Shown here: positions 61,236-64,000 of the stretch, piece after piece | Numbering within the stretch: the stretch's first letter is position 1 | How the letters are laid out: the number at the start of each line of letters is the position of its first letter | Assembly: GCF_964213995.1 (NCBI RefSeq) | Contig: NC_135808.1 | Coordinates: 63,488,001-63,552,000, forward strand | Origin: Mustelus asterias | Taxonomy: Eukaryota | DNA length: 64,000 nucleotides | Direction: 5' to 3' | Notes under the pieces: model-generated | What the model was told of the DNA's origin: nothing | Databases searched by the model: none | What the model saw: the letters and a program-made list of their open reading frames with translations, nothing else | Program-made: the position numbers and the translations under genes

Positions 61236-62146
61236 TATTAAATGAATATATTTAAACTCTGCCTCCTGCAGCTGGGCAATTGAATGAGTTAGTGCAGAAT
61301 TTTTTTAGGAGGGGTTTTCTGTCCTCTGACAATAGGTAAAAAGTGATAATTCTGAGGTATTTACTCCAGTGTAGTCTGCATATATTTTTATCGCTTGATG
61401 TTATTTTAAAATGAAGACTGCAGCCACTAGATGGTGCTGCTGCACTAACGTACGAGACATGTAGGGACATAGGACCTGCTAGGTGAAAAAGACCATCGAG
61501 TTCGCTATCTATCACGATAGCGTGATGGTGTTGCCCTCCTCCTGCTCCTAACTTTTGGGTTGCTATTGATTACTGGTAGCAATCAACCATTAAGTTCACA
61601 ACACACCAAGAACACCACATGAGGAAAACCCCAGTGGTGGAGAACTTGTGGTCAAGATTTCGCTCTAGATTCTAGTTTGAGATGATTCTGTCCCCATTTT
61701 AAATCCTTTCAGATTTCAATGTCATTCTAGATGGTGGTTATTAAATATTAATTTTGCACAACCAGATGTTAAAGGGTTGTTATTGGGTAGGGGGAGGAGA
61801 ACAAAACACATTTGTGGAACAGACATTCACAGTAACTTCATTGCAATGTTCATGTAAGCCTACTTGTGACTAATAAATAAACTCTAACTTTAACTTTGGT
61901 TTGAAATTATCCTTGGCAATCCAGCGTGCCAACCATGGCATCAAATTCATCTTGTCACAGCTGCTTACACTCAGATTGCAATCTTTTTAATGCACCTTAA
62001 TTTTAACATCTGTTTGAAATTAAGAATTGGAGACTTTTTTTTATGGGATCTGACTGCAGTTAGGAGGTTTCCTGCCTAGTTTAAACTAGGGAATGCTCCC
62101 ATTCTGGGAGCTGGGAATGCTCCCATTCTGAGTGCAGACTGCAGTT

Positions 62147-62456
62147 TCTACGGTGCAGAAGGGGTCCATTCAGCTCATCGAGCTGGCACCAACAACAATC
62201 CCACCCAGGCCCTATCCCTGTAACCCCACATATTTATCCTACTCATCCCCCTGACACTAAGGGACAATTTATCATGGCCAATCCACCTAACCTGCACATC
62301 TTTGGACTGTGGGAGGAAACCGGAGCACCCGGAGGAAACCCACGCAGACACGGGAAGAACCTACAAACTTCACACAGTGACCTGAGGCCGGAATTGAACC
62401 CGGCTCCCTGGAGCTGTGAGGCAGCAGTGCTAACCACTGTGCCATCGTGCTGCCCC
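62147..62456 (-). mobile_element. HE1-type SINE
   Basis: A/B boxes, core and tail on the minus strand. Confidence 0.9.
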
Positions 62457-62613
62457 AATTTGAGGGGGAGAGAGGAGCACCACACATTTTCCCTGGAAAA
62501 TTAATATTCCCCAGAAAGATCCAGGCCAAAACTCACTAATGAACATAGTCCACTGGGAGATCAGGTACGCAATGGGTGCGTTCTTACGACCTCGCACCGC
62601 CTGTCGGTCGGCG

Positions 62614-62676
62614 TGGCGAGGTTATAAGGTCGCATGGCGAGGTTATAAGGTCGCATGGCGAGGTTATAAGGTCGCA
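62614..62676 (+). repeat. 21-bp tandem TGGCGAGGTTATAAGGTCGCA x3, inside a Harbinger-like terminus (starting GGGTGCGTTCTTAC at ~62574)
   Basis: Three perfect units. Confidence 0.9.
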
Positions 62677-64000
62677 TGAGAAGGAAAAAATCAGAAATGC
62701 ACTCGTTTTCACGCCGGATCCCATCTTACCGGGCATTTTGCCCGGGTGTGAACAGGATTGCTCCCAAAATGGCGAGGTGTCAATACGTATGCATTTGAAT
62801 GCATTTCAATCTGATTAGCGAGTTTGGCACTTAGAACCTTTCTCGTAAGATTGCACCCTATGGCTTTAAAGGACTAACAAGCTTAGTTGTTGCAATATAT
62901 ATAGAGGATTAAATAGCATTTTCTAATTGCACTCCGATCCCTAAATATCCGTGAACCAAGAGGCTTTTTAGGCCATTCCAGAGGGGCAGTTAAGAGGGAT
63001 CTGGAGGGTAACCTGACCTCTCCACTCCACCCAGCCTTATTGTTCGTGAGCCCCTTGAGGGAATTTTTCCAATGTCAGTATGGCCCACTGCCACATTGCT
63101 GGATAAACCCTGGCAGCTTTCCAGTGTATCTTTCTGGGCACTCCATAGCATGTGGAGCATCCCACACGGCAACGGCACCACCAATGCACCACAATCTACC
63201 CCATCCCGACCCTTATCAGCAGGGTCTGCCTTTTTGCCACTGGCGTTCCCCCAACTTGACTCACCTGCATTGGAGGGAGCCCTGCCACTGAGGCACCCTC
63301 TCCCTGGAGCTGTAACCTCAGCACTGTCCACTACAAGTGTGGGCGCTGCTGCAGCTACCAGGCTTTTAGCTTTCAAACTCCGCTATCTGCGTTGGTGGGA
63401 TTCGAAGCCAGGTCCTCGGAGCTCTGGATTACTAGCCCAGTGACAATACCCTCACTTCCCTCTTGGCTGGGGTCAGTGCCTGGGGAGAGAGAAGAACCTC
63501 TAAAAGGAGAGTCAGTGACGAGAGGCTCATCTTGTTTAATATCGTTACTGAGAGTGAGTTGTGAACTTAGGAAACATGTCTTTACAGAGGATCGTTGGAG
63601 CAGGAAATGCTTTGTCACAGGCAGTGGTTGAGGCAAAACCATTCAATTTTTAAAGGTCAGAATAAATTTTTAAAATTGATAAAGAGTATGTAGAGGTCAG
63701 AGAGGAGAGCAGGAAGATTAGGTTTGGATTGCTTCCAGCAAATCACCAACACAAACATGATGGGCCAAATGGCCTCTTTTTGAACCATGAACACGCTCTT
63801 CTACTTTCTAGTGCTTGAAAATTGGAGCCTTTAAGTGCACATTTCCAAATCTTGGTCAGAGTTTTCTGCAATGAGGCCTACTCTTAGGCCTGCAAATCTA
63901 CCCTTGAAAACAAGCCACATTTCCTTAACTTTTTCCTTGTTAAATAAAATCTCAATACCTCTCAATAGCTTCTCTGTCACTCATGGCAAGCAAATGAATG

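Noticed and set aside
2087-62529. Many recurring 60-110 aa ORFs (MVSTAASQRQGPG.., CGRKPEHPEETH..)
   Set aside because: They are translations of HE1-type SINE copies, not genes.

Overview
This is vertebrate genomic DNA, most likely from an elasmobranch (shark), judged from HE1-type SINEs, CR1/HER1-type LINEs and Deu-domain SINEs. The window lies inside one + strand gene, a procollagen galactosyltransferase that matches COLGALT2. Four internal coding exons (34819-34929, 37760-37877, 42263-42397, 46422-46626) splice in frame through GT-AG introns. I could not find exon 1 or exon 6, so both probably lie outside the window. The rest is repeat-rich intron: about 20 HE1-type SINEs, CR1/L2/Rex1/Tx1-like LINE pieces, decayed PIF/Harbinger elements (transposase and Myb/SANT exons), MITEs and minisatellites. 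The most striking non-genic signal is a young Penelope-like element (PLE) family. Its copies form long hairpins with a fixed inversion point, a 35-39 nt unpaired tail and often a target-site duplication (TSD), and most carry minimal hammerhead ribozyme (HHR) cores. Two older HHR-bearing families are also present. No prokaryotic-type system (CRISPR etc.) is present. Family names come from motif recognition, not database searches, and repeat boundaries are approximate.
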